From Candidatus Geothermincolia bacterium (lineage in GTDB: Bacteria; Actinomycetota; Geothermincolia; Fen-727; Anoxymicrobiaceae), in contig JBBQKJ010000010.1 of assembly GCA_038326775.1 (NCBI GenBank), forward strand, positions 7,236-71,235: 64,000 nt of DNA, read 5' to 3'. A program made the position numbers and the translations under genes. The notes beneath the pieces were generated by a model. That model was not told the origin of the DNA. It did not search any database and saw only the letters and a list, made by a program, of their open reading frames with translations. Below, piece by piece: positions 19,030 through 28,115 of this stretch; within the stretch, counting starts at the first letter, position 1; every line of letters starts with the position of its first letter.

Positions 19030-21135
19030 TCAGGGTTTGAGGCGCTCGGCGTGGGTCTCCGCATCTTCCGCCACCTGCATGTGAACGGCGGCTTCGCCCT
19101 CCGAAATAGCATCGAGGAACGCCTTCACGACGGACGGGTCGAACTGCGTGCCGGAGTTCGATTCGATCTCCATCATGGCATCGTGCAAATCCAGGGCCTT
19201 TCGATAAGGACGGTCAGACATCATCGCCTCGAACGAATCGGCCACCGCCAGTATCCTGGCCCCCAGTGGTATCTCCTCCGCCTTCAGACCGTCGGGATAC
19301 CCCTTGCCGTCAAACCGCTCGTGGTGGCGAAGGATTATCTCGCGGGGCTCCGAGAGGAAGTTGACCGGAGCAATGATGGAATCGCCCATCTGGGGATGCG
19401 TCTTCACGTGGAGCGACTCCTCCTCCGAGAGCGCACCAGGTTTGTTGAGAATATGTGCGGCGATGCCCAGCTTTCCGATATCGTGGAGCGCCGCGGCGTA
19501 TTTGATAGTGCGCGTCTCCCACTCCGTGAGTGAAAGCCTGCGCGCGATGACCAGGGCGTACCTGGTCACCCGCTCGGAGTGGCCGTACGTGTACGGGTCC
19601 TTGACCTCAATGGCCCTCGCCAGGGCATTGACCGTGGAAAAGTAACTCATCTCCAGGTCCTCGTAGAGCGACGCGTTCTCCATGGCGACGGCGGCCTGCC
19701 CGGCAATCGCGGTCAACAGGTCCAGGTCTTCATTCGCGACTTCCTCGCATTCCATGCAGTAGAAAAGCACCATGATTCCCAGCAGCCGCTCACGCGAGTT
19801 GAGCGGCACCAGCAAGACGGCCTTGACGCCGGTGTCGTCCAGGCGCTTCGCGGGTATGAACGGAGACAGCGCGGCGTCACTTACTACAGTCTGGCTGTTC
19901 AGAAGCGCCTCGGCGTCCTCTGTCGCGAGGTCCCCCGGCTGCACCCCCTCCGCAAGTGATGTCTCCCACTCGGACTCGGCGAACATACCGAAGGTGGCGG
20001 TCGGGAAAAAGCGCTCCGCGCCCTTCTCGCCGAGGCTGATATATACAGTGCATTTCCCTACCTCGCAAACGTCAGCTGTAATCTGGACCAGCCTGGAGAG
20101 CAGGACGTCTATGTCAAGGGTGGATGTCACCAGCCTCGACACCTCGAGCAGCGCCATTGTCTCCTTGATCTTCTGCTGCTCGCTTCCGTGGAGGCGGGCG
20201 TTCTCCATTGCGGCCGCCACCTTGCTGGCGAACCTTTCCGCCAGGTTGATCGTCTCCGGTGTGAACACCTGGGGGTTCCGTACGTTGTCCAGCATCATCA
20301 CGCCCACGTTCCTGTCCCTCACCATAAGGGGCACCAGCACCATGTGCTTTGTCTTGAGCCTTCTCATTATGGCTGAGGTAAGAGGCATGTTTCGCGGGTA
20401 TCCCTCGACCGTGACCGTCTGCTTCATGTGCACGAGCTGCCTGATCACGGGGCCGTCAAGCCTCACCCCACCGTGGCCGAAGGCTCGCCCGGCATCGAAG
20501 TTGGACGACTCAAGCCGCAGGTCGTTGGTCAACAGGTCTCTGGTGAACAACGCGCAGCGCTCGACGCCGATCAGGTCCTTGCACTTCTTAACAGCGGAGA
20601 GCAGGAGCGTGCTGAAATCGAGCGTCGCCGCGAGGTTGCCGGGGAAGCGGTCGATCTCCTCCTGGTAGGAGTGATAAAACCGCACCACCTCGTCCCTGGT
20701 CTGTGTGAACGACTCCGCCCTTAAAGTCTCCGCCTGCCCCAATATATCGCTCAACAGCACGGCGGCGGCCAGCCCCGCGCCGGCGTCCGCCTCCCCCGCA
20801 CCAGCCATGTCGGCGACAAGCCCGACCAGCGCCCTCTCCACCAGCGTAGGGACGCTCAGGACCTCCTTCATCGAAAACCCGTTCTTGGCGTGCGAATAGC
20901 TCTCGAACGTCTCGCTTCCAAGGAAGTCCGTGGTGTCTTCAGTCTCGACCGCTTCCTTGAGAAGGTCGAAATATCCGAAGAAGAAATTCTTGCGGGTCTG
21001 CTTTAGAAACGCGTAATAGGGAGTCCGCGGAGACTCTCTAACGGGTATCCGCCCGATAATGTCGTCTCGCCTGCTCGTGAGCAGGTCAAGCGCCAACCTC
21101 TTGCCTTCACCGGAATTCGACGGCAGCCTGGCCAT
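19030..21135 (-). CDS. GAF-GAF-HD-GYP domain protein (putative c-di-GMP phosphodiesterase)
   Basis: C-terminal HD-GYP: AAALHDIGKLGIAAHILNKPGALSEEESLHVKTHPQMGDSII...ILRHHERFDGKGYPDGL. Upstream GAF-like repeats. Start chosen at MARLPSN (GGGGACGA RBS). Confidence 0.8.
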   Translation of the reverse strand: MARLPSNSGEGKRLALDLLTSRRDDIIGRIPVRESPRTPYYAFLKQTRKNFFFGYFDLLKEAVETEDTTDFLGSETFESYSHAKNGFSMKEVLSVPTLVERALVGLVADMAGAGEADAGAGLAAAVLLSDILGQAETLRAESFTQTRDEVVRFYHSYQEEIDRFPGNLAATLDFSTLLLSAVKKCKDLIGVERCALFTRDLLTNDLRLESSNFDAGRAFGHGGVRLDGPVIRQLVHMKQTVTVEGYPRNMPLTSAIMRRLKTKHMVLVPLMVRDRNVGVMMLDNVRNPQVFTPETINLAERFASKVAAAMENARLHGSEQQKIKETMALLEVSRLVTSTLDIDVLLSRLVQITADVCEVGKCTVYISLGEKGAERFFPTATFGMFAESEWETSLAEGVQPGDLATEDAEALLNSQTVVSDAALSPFIPAKRLDDTGVKAVLLVPLNSRERLLGIMVLFYCMECEEVANEDLDLLTAIAGQAAVAMENASLYEDLEMSYFSTVNALARAIEVKDPYTYGHSERVTRYALVIARRLSLTEWETRTIKYAAALHDIGKLGIAAHILNKPGALSEEESLHVKTHPQMGDSIIAPVNFLSEPREIILRHHERFDGKGYPDGLKAEEIPLGARILAVADSFEAMMSDRPYRKALDLHDAMMEIESNSGTQFDPSVVKAFLDAISEGEAAVHMQVAEDAETHAERLKP

Positions 21136-21252
21136 TCGTCCCCTCACTCTTTCTGGTGCCAACAAACGCGTCTCGCCGGCCCGCCTCGCGGGCACATCAT
21201 TTCAAGCCTTCGCGGAGGCGAATCAACCTGTGACGGTTCAGATAATCTTCCG

Positions 21253-21723
21253 CTACTCCAACGCGGACATGAGGTTGGCCATCTCGATAGCGCTAAGCGC
21301 CGCCTGCCAGCCCTTGTTGCCTGCTTTGGCCCCCGCCCTGTCCACAGCCTGCTCCAGGGTGTCAGCGGTTATTATGCCGAAGGCAACCGGCACCCCCGTG
21401 TCGAGGCCGATCCTGGCGACACCCTTTGAGACTTCCGCTGCCACGTAATCAAAGTGCGGCGTGCTCCCACGGATAACGGCGCCAAGGCATATCACGGCGT
21501 CGTACTTACCTGATGCCGCCATCTTCTGCGCCACAAGCGGTATCTCGAAAGAGCCGGGCACCCACGCCACGTCGATGTTATCGTCAGGCGCCTCGTGTCT
21601 CTTCAACGAGTCAAGCGCTCCTGACAGCAGGTTCTTGCTGATAAACTCGTTGAAGCGGCTGACCACTATCCCGAACTTCTGATCCCTGGCTATCAACTTT
21701 CCCTCAAACGTTCCCATCTTCAC
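21253..21723 (-). CDS. ribH: 6,7-dimethyl-8-ribityllumazine synthase
   Basis: ...[25 protein letters not shown]...VPGSFEIPL...[18 protein letters not shown]... Confidence 0.9.
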   Translation of the reverse strand: MKMGTFEGKLIARDQKFGIVVSRFNEFISKNLLSGALDSLKRHEAPDDNIDVAWVPGSFEIPLVAQKMAASGKYDAVICLGAVIRGSTPHFDYVAAEVSKGVARIGLDTGVPVAFGIITADTLEQAVDRAGAKAGNKGWQAALSAIEMANLMSALE

Positions 21724-21741
21724 TCCTCCCGCATGTCCCGA

Positions 21742-22965
21742 CTAATCCTTAACATCCTCGAGGTCAAGAATGTGGTCCATCTTCTCCTTCTTGGTCGTCA
21801 GGTATTTGAGGTTTTCCTCGCAGGGCTTTATCTCCAGAGGCACCCGCTCGCTGACCGAAAGCCCGTACCCCTCGAGACCGACACGCTTGGCCGGGTTGTT
21901 GGTAAGAAGTCTCATGGAGGTCACCCCGAGGTCGCGCAGGATCTGGGCTCCGGTGCCGTAGTCGCGGGCGTCCACAGGCAGTCCCAGCTCGATGTTAGCC
22001 TCGACGGTGTCCATCCCCATATCCTGCAGCTGGTAAGCCTGAAGCTTATGGGCGAGCCCTATGCCCCTGCCCTCATGGCCGATCATGTAGAGGAACACAC
22101 CCTCTTGCGCCAGGTCGATCATGCGCAGCGCGGCGGCGACCTGCGAGCCGCAGTCGCAGCGCAGGGACCCGAAAACGTCGCCGGTCAGGCACTCGGAGTG
22201 TACCCTCACGAGCACGTTCTTCTTGCCCTTGACATCTCCGCGGACCAGCGCCAGGTGGAAGGTACCGTCAGTCACACTTTCGTAGCCCATTGCCCGAAAC
22301 ACCCCGTAGGCGGTGGGCAGGCGGGCCTCTGACACGAGCGTCACCAGCTGTTCCTTGTCGATCCGGTAGCGGATGAGGTCGGCCACGGTGACCATCTTGA
22401 GACCGAACTTTTTCGCCGTCTTCTCGAGCTCGGGCACCCGGGCCATCGTGCCGTCCTCATGCATGATCTCGCAGATGACCCCGGCTGGAAAATGGCCGGC
22501 CAGGCGCGCCAGGTCTACCGCGGCCTCAGTGTGCCCGGCGCGGGTAAGAACGCCCCCCTCCTTTGCCCTCAAGGGAAAGACGTGACCCGGCTTGCTGATG
22601 TCCTCGGGCCCCGTCATGGGGTTGATGACCGCCTGGACGGTCGCCGCGCGGTCGTAAGCCGAGATGCCTGTAGTTATCTGTCCTTTTGCCCCGATGGAGA
22701 CGGTGAACGCCGTCCCCTGGGCGCTGGTGTTGTCCTCCACCATGGCCGGTATCTCGAGCTCATCGAGCCGGCTAGCTATGCAGGGCATACAGATAAGCCC
22801 GCGTCCGTGCTTGCTCATGAAGTTGATCGTCTCCGGCGTGACCATCTGCGCGGAGCAAACAAAGTCACCCTCGTTCTCCCTGTCCTCGTCATCCACGACG
22901 ATTATCAGGTGGCCGGCCTTCAGCTCATCCAACGCTTCCTCGATGGTGCTGAAAGGCATGCACAC
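21742..22965 (-). CDS. ribBA: Bifunctional 3,4-dihydroxy-2-butanone-4-phosphate synthase / GTP cyclohydrolase II
   Basis: ...IIVVDDEDRENEGDFVC... (DHBP synthase), then ...VHSECLTGDVFGSLRCDCG... (GTP cyclohydrolase II zinc site). Confidence 0.9.
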   Translation of the reverse strand: MCMPFSTIEEALDELKAGHLIIVVDDEDRENEGDFVCSAQMVTPETINFMSKHGRGLICMPCIASRLDELEIPAMVEDNTSAQGTAFTVSIGAKGQITTGISAYDRAATVQAVINPMTGPEDISKPGHVFPLRAKEGGVLTRAGHTEAAVDLARLAGHFPAGVICEIMHEDGTMARVPELEKTAKKFGLKMVTVADLIRYRIDKEQLVTLVSEARLPTAYGVFRAMGYESVTDGTFHLALVRGDVKGKKNVLVRVHSECLTGDVFGSLRCDCGSQVAAALRMIDLAQEGVFLYMIGHEGRGIGLAHKLQAYQLQDMGMDTVEANIELGLPVDARDYGTGAQILRDLGVTSMRLLTNNPAKRVGLEGYGLSVSERVPLEIKPCEENLKYLTTKKEKMDHILDLEDVKD

Positions 22966-22974
22966 ACCTCCCTT

Positions 22975-23622
22975 TCACATATCCTGCCCGGGTTCCAGAA
23001 AGCCTCCCCGCAGCAGGGCTTCTTCCATGCCTCTACGCCCCTCTCTCCTGGTGAGGAACGCGTCGACATACTTGCCGATTATGTCTACCTCCACGTTGAC
23101 CGGCGCGCCGGGCCGGGCCTCGCTCAACGTTGTCTCCTCGAGTGTGTGCGGTATCACCGACACCGTGAAATGCCCCGCCCTGACGTCCACGATCGTCAGG
23201 CTGACGCCGTCGATGGCGACCGAACCCCTGGCGACCATGCAGCGCGACAACTCCTCGGGCACCGCTATCTCGACGATTATCGCGTTTGCCTCCCTGCGAA
23301 GGCCGTGAACGGTTCCCACTCCGTCAACATGTCCATTGACCAGGTGGCCCCCAAAGCGTCCGCCGGCTCCCATGGCTCGCTCCAGGTTTATACGAGCGCC
23401 CGGCCTCAACCCACCCAGGGTTGAGCTCCTCAGTGTCTCGGGCATCACATCCGCCGCAAACCACCGCCCATCCAGCTCCACCACGGTGAGGCACACCCCG
23501 GAAACCGCGATGGAGTCTCCTATCCGTGTGTCCTCTAGCACCCTCGAGGCGGCCACCTTGAGTTTCCCCCCCGCGGAGAGCTCCACCACGCTTCCTCTCT
23601 CTTCGATGATCCCGGTGAACAC
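22975..23622 (-). CDS. ribE: Riboflavin synthase alpha chain
   Basis: MFTGIIEERGSVVEL...SIAVSGVCLTVV... duplicated-barrel signature. Confidence 0.9.
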   Translation of the reverse strand: MFTGIIEERGSVVELSAGGKLKVAASRVLEDTRIGDSIAVSGVCLTVVELDGRWFAADVMPETLRSSTLGGLRPGARINLERAMGAGGRFGGHLVNGHVDGVGTVHGLRREANAIIVEIAVPEELSRCMVARGSVAIDGVSLTIVDVRAGHFTVSVIPHTLEETTLSEARPGAPVNVEVDIIGKYVDAFLTRREGRRGMEEALLRGGFLEPGQDM

Positions 23623-23623
23623 G

Positions 23624-24775
23624 TCAGTCGACCTCCGGGTAGGCGATCACTTTGAAGTCTGGCCCCATCTCGAATATCGCGTAGATGACGAGCGGTCCCG
23701 CGTCCTCGATGCAGGCCACTCCCGCCCCGCCTATCGGGCCGGGCGCGCTGCATCCCGCTATGACCTTGGGCGCGAAGTAGAACACCAGCTTGTCTACGAG
23801 CCGCAGCTCCCACATGGCGCGGGTAAGCTCGGGGCCACCCTCCACCTGCAGGCTGGTCACCCCGCGGCCGCCCAGCAGTTCCAACAGGCCCGACAGGTCG
23901 ACCTTGCCCGCGTCGTCGAGCCGGACCACCTCTACGCCACGAGCTTCCAGGCTCCTGACGCTTTCGACCGGCGCGCTGTCCGACACCGCGATCAGTGTTT
24001 TAGCGTTCACTGTGTCGGTCACGTTGCTGTCCACGGGTGTTCGCGCTAGGCTGTCGACAACGACTCTCAGGGGGTTGGGTCGTCCATCGGCGGTCCTTGC
24101 CGTCAGTTGAGGGTCATCCTGGACGACTGTTCCGATGCCGACCATCACGGCGTCACTTTCCGCCCTCATTGAATGGACGTCCGCGCGGGAGGCCTCCGAC
24201 GATATCCACCTGGACTCGCCGGTCCTGGTGGCCGCCTTGCCGTCGAGGCTCATGGCCATCTTCATGGTCACGAAAGGCAGGCCCGTGGTTACCCACCGGA
24301 AGTAAGCCTCGTTCAACCTGAGCGCCAACTCGCCATAAGGGCCGTCGATCACCTCTACCCCGTTGTCCCGAAGGAAGCTCTCACCTTTCCCTCCCACCAG
24401 GGGGTTCGGGTCACGGACGGCCATCACAACTTTTGCGATTTTCGACTCGACGAGCCTGCCTGCGCACGAAGGAGTCCTGCCCCGGTGGGCGCACGGCTCG
24501 AGTGTCACGTACAGCGTGGCTCCGGCGGGGTCCCCAACGGAGTTCTCCAGCGCGTCTACTTCAGCGTGATTCCCGCCCGCGTAATGGTGGTACCCCTCGC
24601 CGATCACTTCGCCCCCGCGGGCTATCACCGCACCCACCATCGGGTTGGGAGAGGTGCTACCCCTCCCTTTCTCGGCCAACTCCAGCGCGCGCAGCATGAG
24701 CCGTTCCGCCGGGCAGGCAGGCTCCGGTATCCTCGATCCAGCTATAGTATTTGTTCCCCTGGCGATTAAATCCAT
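23624..24775 (-). CDS. ribD: Bifunctional diaminohydroxyphosphoribosylaminopyrimidine deaminase / 5-amino-6-(5-phosphoribosylamino)uracil reductase
   Basis: ...GYHHYAGGNHAEVDALE...TLEPCAHRGRTPSC... (CDA zinc motif), then a reductase domain. Start chosen at MDLIARG, downstream of the FMN riboswitch. Confidence 0.88.
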   Translation of the reverse strand: MDLIARGTNTIAGSRIPEPACPAERLMLRALELAEKGRGSTSPNPMVGAVIARGGEVIGEGYHHYAGGNHAEVDALENSVGDPAGATLYVTLEPCAHRGRTPSCAGRLVESKIAKVVMAVRDPNPLVGGKGESFLRDNGVEVIDGPYGELALRLNEAYFRWVTTGLPFVTMKMAMSLDGKAATRTGESRWISSEASRADVHSMRAESDAVMVGIGTVVQDDPQLTARTADGRPNPLRVVVDSLARTPVDSNVTDTVNAKTLIAVSDSAPVESVRSLEARGVEVVRLDDAGKVDLSGLLELLGGRGVTSLQVEGGPELTRAMWELRLVDKLVFYFAPKVIAGCSAPGPIGGAGVACIEDAGPLVIYAIFEMGPDFKVIAYPEVD

Positions 24776-24844
24776 CAGGCATAATCTCCATGCCGGGCCT
24801 GCGGGAACAAATGAGCGCCGGGAGAAGCCGGCGCGCTGACAACA

Positions 24845-24972
24845 ACTGCCAGATATCTTCTCCCATCCGGACTGTAACCGTCGGCCCCGGAATCTCACCG
24901 GGTCTGCTCCGAAGAGCTCGCGGGCTATACCGCCGGTAGGGGCTTCCACCCTGTCCCGAAGACCTTATGTTT
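24845..24972 (-). promoter_or_regulatory. FMN riboswitch (RFN element) aptamer in the leader of ribD-ribE-ribBA-ribH
   Basis: Minus-strand RNA GGUCUUCGGGACAGGGUGGAAGCCCCUACCGGCGGUAUAGCCCGCGAGC...CCGGUGAGAUUCCGGGGCCGACGGUUACAGUCCGGAUGGGAGAAGAU matches the conserved FMN-aptamer core segments almost base for base. About 75 nt of expression platform follow before the ribD ATG. Confidence 0.85.
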
Positions 24973-25239
24973 TTTTATTCTAGCAGACCTCCCACGTGCG
25001 TTCAACAAAGCTTTGTGCATGCTTCCGATGGCCTTTGTGTCTGAGACATTGCCCGGGCGCATGGACTCGGATAACATATGTGCCGGCGTTCCGGCTGTGG
25101 CGTCGCGAGTACGGCTTCGCGGTTCATCTGCCGATACCGCGGACCTTCAGTTGTGAGGAGAAAACCAATAGGGTTGCCAGTACTGTGGCGGGCCCTTTGA
25201 CATAGTACGTCAAATGAAAAAACGCGCAAAGGAGTCGAT

Positions 25240-25782
25240 ATGAAGAAATGCGTTACCCTGGCCCTGGTGATAATGCTGGTTGCCACAGTCGCGGTGCTGC
25301 TCCCCGGCTGCGCAGGGGACACCAAGCAGGCTAAACAGTATATGCAGAACGGCATCAAGCTAGTGAAGCAGCTCCAGGAGGAACAAAGCACCTGGCAGAC
25401 CGCTGTTTCATCGTCGATGACCAACATATCCGACCAGGTCGCCTACCAGGCGGCTATCGACAAGGCAAAAGCCTCGGCGACCAGTCTTTCCAAGACAGCG
25501 GGCGAGGCAAAGGCCGAGTTCGAGAAGATCAAGGGCCTCAACGGCGTTGATGACTACGTCAAGTACGCCAACTTTCAGATAGCGGCCCTCGACAAGTTCC
25601 AGGAATTCATAACCAAGACCAACTCCTTCTTTGACCAGGTTATCGCAATGGTCAAATCCGGTGACATCACGGGCTTGACCAGCGCGGAAGAGGCATATAC
25701 CAAAGAGGGGAGCAAGCTGGGCGAAGAGATGAACAAGCTGGACGAGGAAGCCCAGAAACTCAAGGCCGACAAGAACCTTTAA
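25240..25782 (+). CDS. Lipoprotein of unknown function (paralog 1)
   Basis: MKKCVTLALVIMLVATVAVLLPGCAG gives a signal peptide plus LPGC lipobox. Acidic/Lys-rich helical body. AAAGGAG RBS. Confidence 0.6.
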   Translation: MKKCVTLALVIMLVATVAVLLPGCAGDTKQAKQYMQNGIKLVKQLQEEQSTWQTAVSSSMTNISDQVAYQAAIDKAKASATSLSKTAGEAKAEFEKIKGLNGVDDYVKYANFQIAALDKFQEFITKTNSFFDQVIAMVKSGDITGLTSAEEAYTKEGSKLGEEMNKLDEEAQKLKADKNL

Positions 25783-25915
25783 GGACTGCTCTTTATTCTG
25801 AAGAGGCCCCTCCGGCAGGCCATTGGGGCCTGTTCTTCAATCCGGTGGGCGGCGGCGGTTTTACTAATCTGTGCCTTGAGATCCTTTTGGGGCATTGATC
25901 CATGAAGTGGGTAAG

Positions 25916-26491
25916 ATGAGAAAGCTTATCAACCTGACCCTGGTTGTTTTCCTTGGGATCGCCCTGAGTGGGATGCTCGAGGGCTGCGGTGGCGACAGGG
26001 GCAAAGCGCGCGAGTACCTCGAGAGAGGAGATAAGATCATTGTCGTCATAGAGAAGAAAAGCGAGACCGTTGGAAGCGATACCCAGACCATGTTCACCGA
26101 CCTCTTCGGCGCTCTCTCCTCCGGCAAGGCCCCCGATGTCGCCTCGTTCGCCCGGGACTCGGCTCAGATAAAGACAGTGGTGGACGGTATGATAGCCAAA
26201 GCAGCCCGGGCGAAGTCATCCTTCGAGAAGGTATCAACCCTCGAGGACGTGCCCGACTACGCCAGGTACGTCGATCTGAAGATCAAGATCATCGACCGCC
26301 AGGTGGCGGGCCTGAAGCAGCTCGAGACGTTTCTCGATGAGGCCGGGAACAGGCTGGCCGCCAAGCCGTTCGACCTCATCGCTTTTCAGACATTTGTCAC
26401 CGGGTTCGGCGACTCCATCCAGAAACAGGGCGAGGAATCCGGCAAGCTCCAGAAGCAGGCCGCGGACCTCAAGAAAGAGAAGAAACTCTAA
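25916..26491 (+). CDS. Lipoprotein of unknown function (paralog 2 of 25240-25782)
   Basis: MRKLINLTLVVFLGIALSGMLEGCGG lipobox. Length, spacing and C-terminal KxxKKL tail match the upstream gene (...FEKIKGLNGVDDYVKYANFQI... versus ...FEKVSTLEDVPDYARYVDLKI...). Confidence 0.6.
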   Translation: MRKLINLTLVVFLGIALSGMLEGCGGDRGKAREYLERGDKIIVVIEKKSETVGSDTQTMFTDLFGALSSGKAPDVASFARDSAQIKTVVDGMIAKAARAKSSFEKVSTLEDVPDYARYVDLKIKIIDRQVAGLKQLETFLDEAGNRLAAKPFDLIAFQTFVTGFGDSIQKQGEESGKLQKQAADLKKEKKL

Positions 26492-26540
26492 GTGCCGGTG
26501 CTGATTTCAGGCCTGCTCGCCCACGGAAGGCCCACGAAGC

Positions 26541-27236
26541 TCAGCTTGAGGATTGGTCCTCCGCCGGCATGGCCCAACCGTCGAGAAGGTCACGTATTTC
26601 CGAGGCGGCTTTTGAGACGTCGGCGTTTCCAAATATTGACGAGCCCACCACGACCGTATCCGTCCCGGCCGCAAGGACCTGGGGTAGGTTTTGCGCCTTT
26701 ACGCCGCCGTCCACCTCCACCTCGACAGTTACTCCCAGCTCGGCGGCGTCTCTATTTATCGCACCGACCCTGTTGAGCATCTCAGGCATCAGATTCTGCC
26801 CGCCGAATCCCGGGTACACGCACATTACAACAACGAAATCCACCATGCCCAGGTACGGCTTCAACTCGAATACCGGCACCTCTGGGCTTATTGCGAGGCC
26901 CGGCGAAGCCCCCAGAGAGCGTATCGCGCGTATCACGCTCTCGGAATCCCGGCAGGAACGCAGGTGGAAAGAGATGCGGTCGGCGCCGGCCTGGGCGAAC
27001 GTCTCGACCCACTCCGGCGGGTTGTATATCATCAGGTGGCAGTCAAGGGGGACGGTGGTGATTCGCTTCGCCGTCTGGACCACCATGGGACCGAACGTTA
27101 TGTTGGGCACAAAGTGACCGTCCATGACATCGAGGTGGATGTAGTCGGAGTACGGCTCGATAGCACGTATAGCCTTTCCCAGGTCGGCGAAATCGGCGTT
27201 CAGAATCGATGGGGCCAGCCTGACGTTGTCTTGCAT
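26541..27236 (-). CDS. rpe: Ribulose-phosphate 3-epimerase
   Basis: ...APSILNADFADLG...HLDVMDGHFVPNITFGP...GFGGQ...VDGG... Confidence 0.9.
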   Translation of the reverse strand: MQDNVRLAPSILNADFADLGKAIRAIEPYSDYIHLDVMDGHFVPNITFGPMVVQTAKRITTVPLDCHLMIYNPPEWVETFAQAGADRISFHLRSCRDSESVIRAIRSLGASPGLAISPEVPVFELKPYLGMVDFVVVMCVYPGFGGQNLMPEMLNRVGAINRDAAELGVTVEVEVDGGVKAQNLPQVLAAGTDTVVVGSSIFGNADVSKAASEIRDLLDGWAMPAEDQSSS

Positions 27237-27327
27237 GCCAATGCGCTCCTTTGGAGCATAGGGGCAACTCTACACCAAAGATTATACTCCCGGCGCCGGT
27301 CGCGCGCGGCCGCCGCAACCGCAGAGT

Positions 27328-28101
27328 TCAATAGCAGTACATGTTGCCGTAAGGCCTGTGCGAAAACGGCATCAGCTTGGCGAATTCGTCTATAGATACC
27401 GGGGAGATGTCGGCCCCGGTCTCGGCCGCGAACTCGGCGAGAAGGCTCTCCAGCTGACAGCGGTCTTCTTCCTCAAGCGGAAACACCCTGACCTCTTCCC
27501 CGAGCTGTCGTTCCGATACCTGACCACGAAGAAAGATGACACCGCCGTGCATGCCGGTTCCCACGTAGTTTCCGACGAGAGGGCCTTCCTCCGCATTCAG
27601 GCCCAGCAGCACCATGACACCGCCGGCCATGTATTCACCGAAGAAGTCGCCGGCGCGGCCGCCCGCCACGATCACCGGCACCTGGTCCTTGAAGGACTTC
27701 ATGTGGATACCGACCCGGTAACCGACGTTGCCGAGGACGAATATCCTGCCACCGCGCATCCCGTAGCCCATGACATCGCCCACATGGCCTTTCACCACTA
27801 TCTTGCCGCTGTTCATGGTGTTGCCGACCCCGTCCTGCGCATTTTCGTTCACGAACAGCGTGGGGCCGTCCATGAAAGCCCCAAGATCGTTTCCTGGGAC
27901 GCCGTTGACGATGATCCGCACCTTGTCCGTCAGGCCGTCGCCTATGTAGCGCTGACCGTTAACGCCGTCGAGCGTTATCTCCCGGCAGCCCTCCGCAATA
28001 AGGCCGCGTACCCGGCAGTTCAGGTCTTTGTAGTGGACGCCTGTCGCGTCGACGGTCATGCTCTTCGACCCCGTCTTGTCGCTGGTGGCCGCCTTCCCCA
28101 T
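27328..28101 (-). CDS. Glutamate synthase C-terminal (GXGXG) domain protein (archaeal-type split GOGAT)
   Basis: ...IVNGVPGNDLGAFMDGPTLFVNENAQDGVGNTMNSGKIVVKGHVGDVMGYGMRGGRIFVLGNVGYRVGIHM... shows repeated GxxGxxG beta-helix turns. Start chosen at MGKAATS to avoid a 145-nt overlap. Confidence 0.8.
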   Translation of the reverse strand: MGKAATSDKTGSKSMTVDATGVHYKDLNCRVRGLIAEGCREITLDGVNGQRYIGDGLTDKVRIIVNGVPGNDLGAFMDGPTLFVNENAQDGVGNTMNSGKIVVKGHVGDVMGYGMRGGRIFVLGNVGYRVGIHMKSFKDQVPVIVAGGRAGDFFGEYMAGGVMVLLGLNAEEGPLVGNYVGTGMHGGVIFLRGQVSERQLGEEVRVFPLEEEDRCQLESLLAEFAAETGADISPVSIDEFAKLMPFSHRPYGNMYCY

Positions 28102-28115
28102 GTCTTCCCTCGCTC

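Noticed and set aside
25197-25213. TTGACatagtacGTCAA palindrome 27 nt upstream of the first lipoprotein gene
   Set aside because: Only 5-bp arms. TTGACA could be a -35 but no matching -10 lies at the right spacing, so the evidence is too weak for a feature call.
25002-25427. 141-aa minus-strand ORF between the FMN riboswitch and the first lipoprotein
   Set aside because: It overlaps the lipoprotein gene start and the riboswitch region, has a Cys/Ser-rich odd composition and no RBS, so it is likely spurious.
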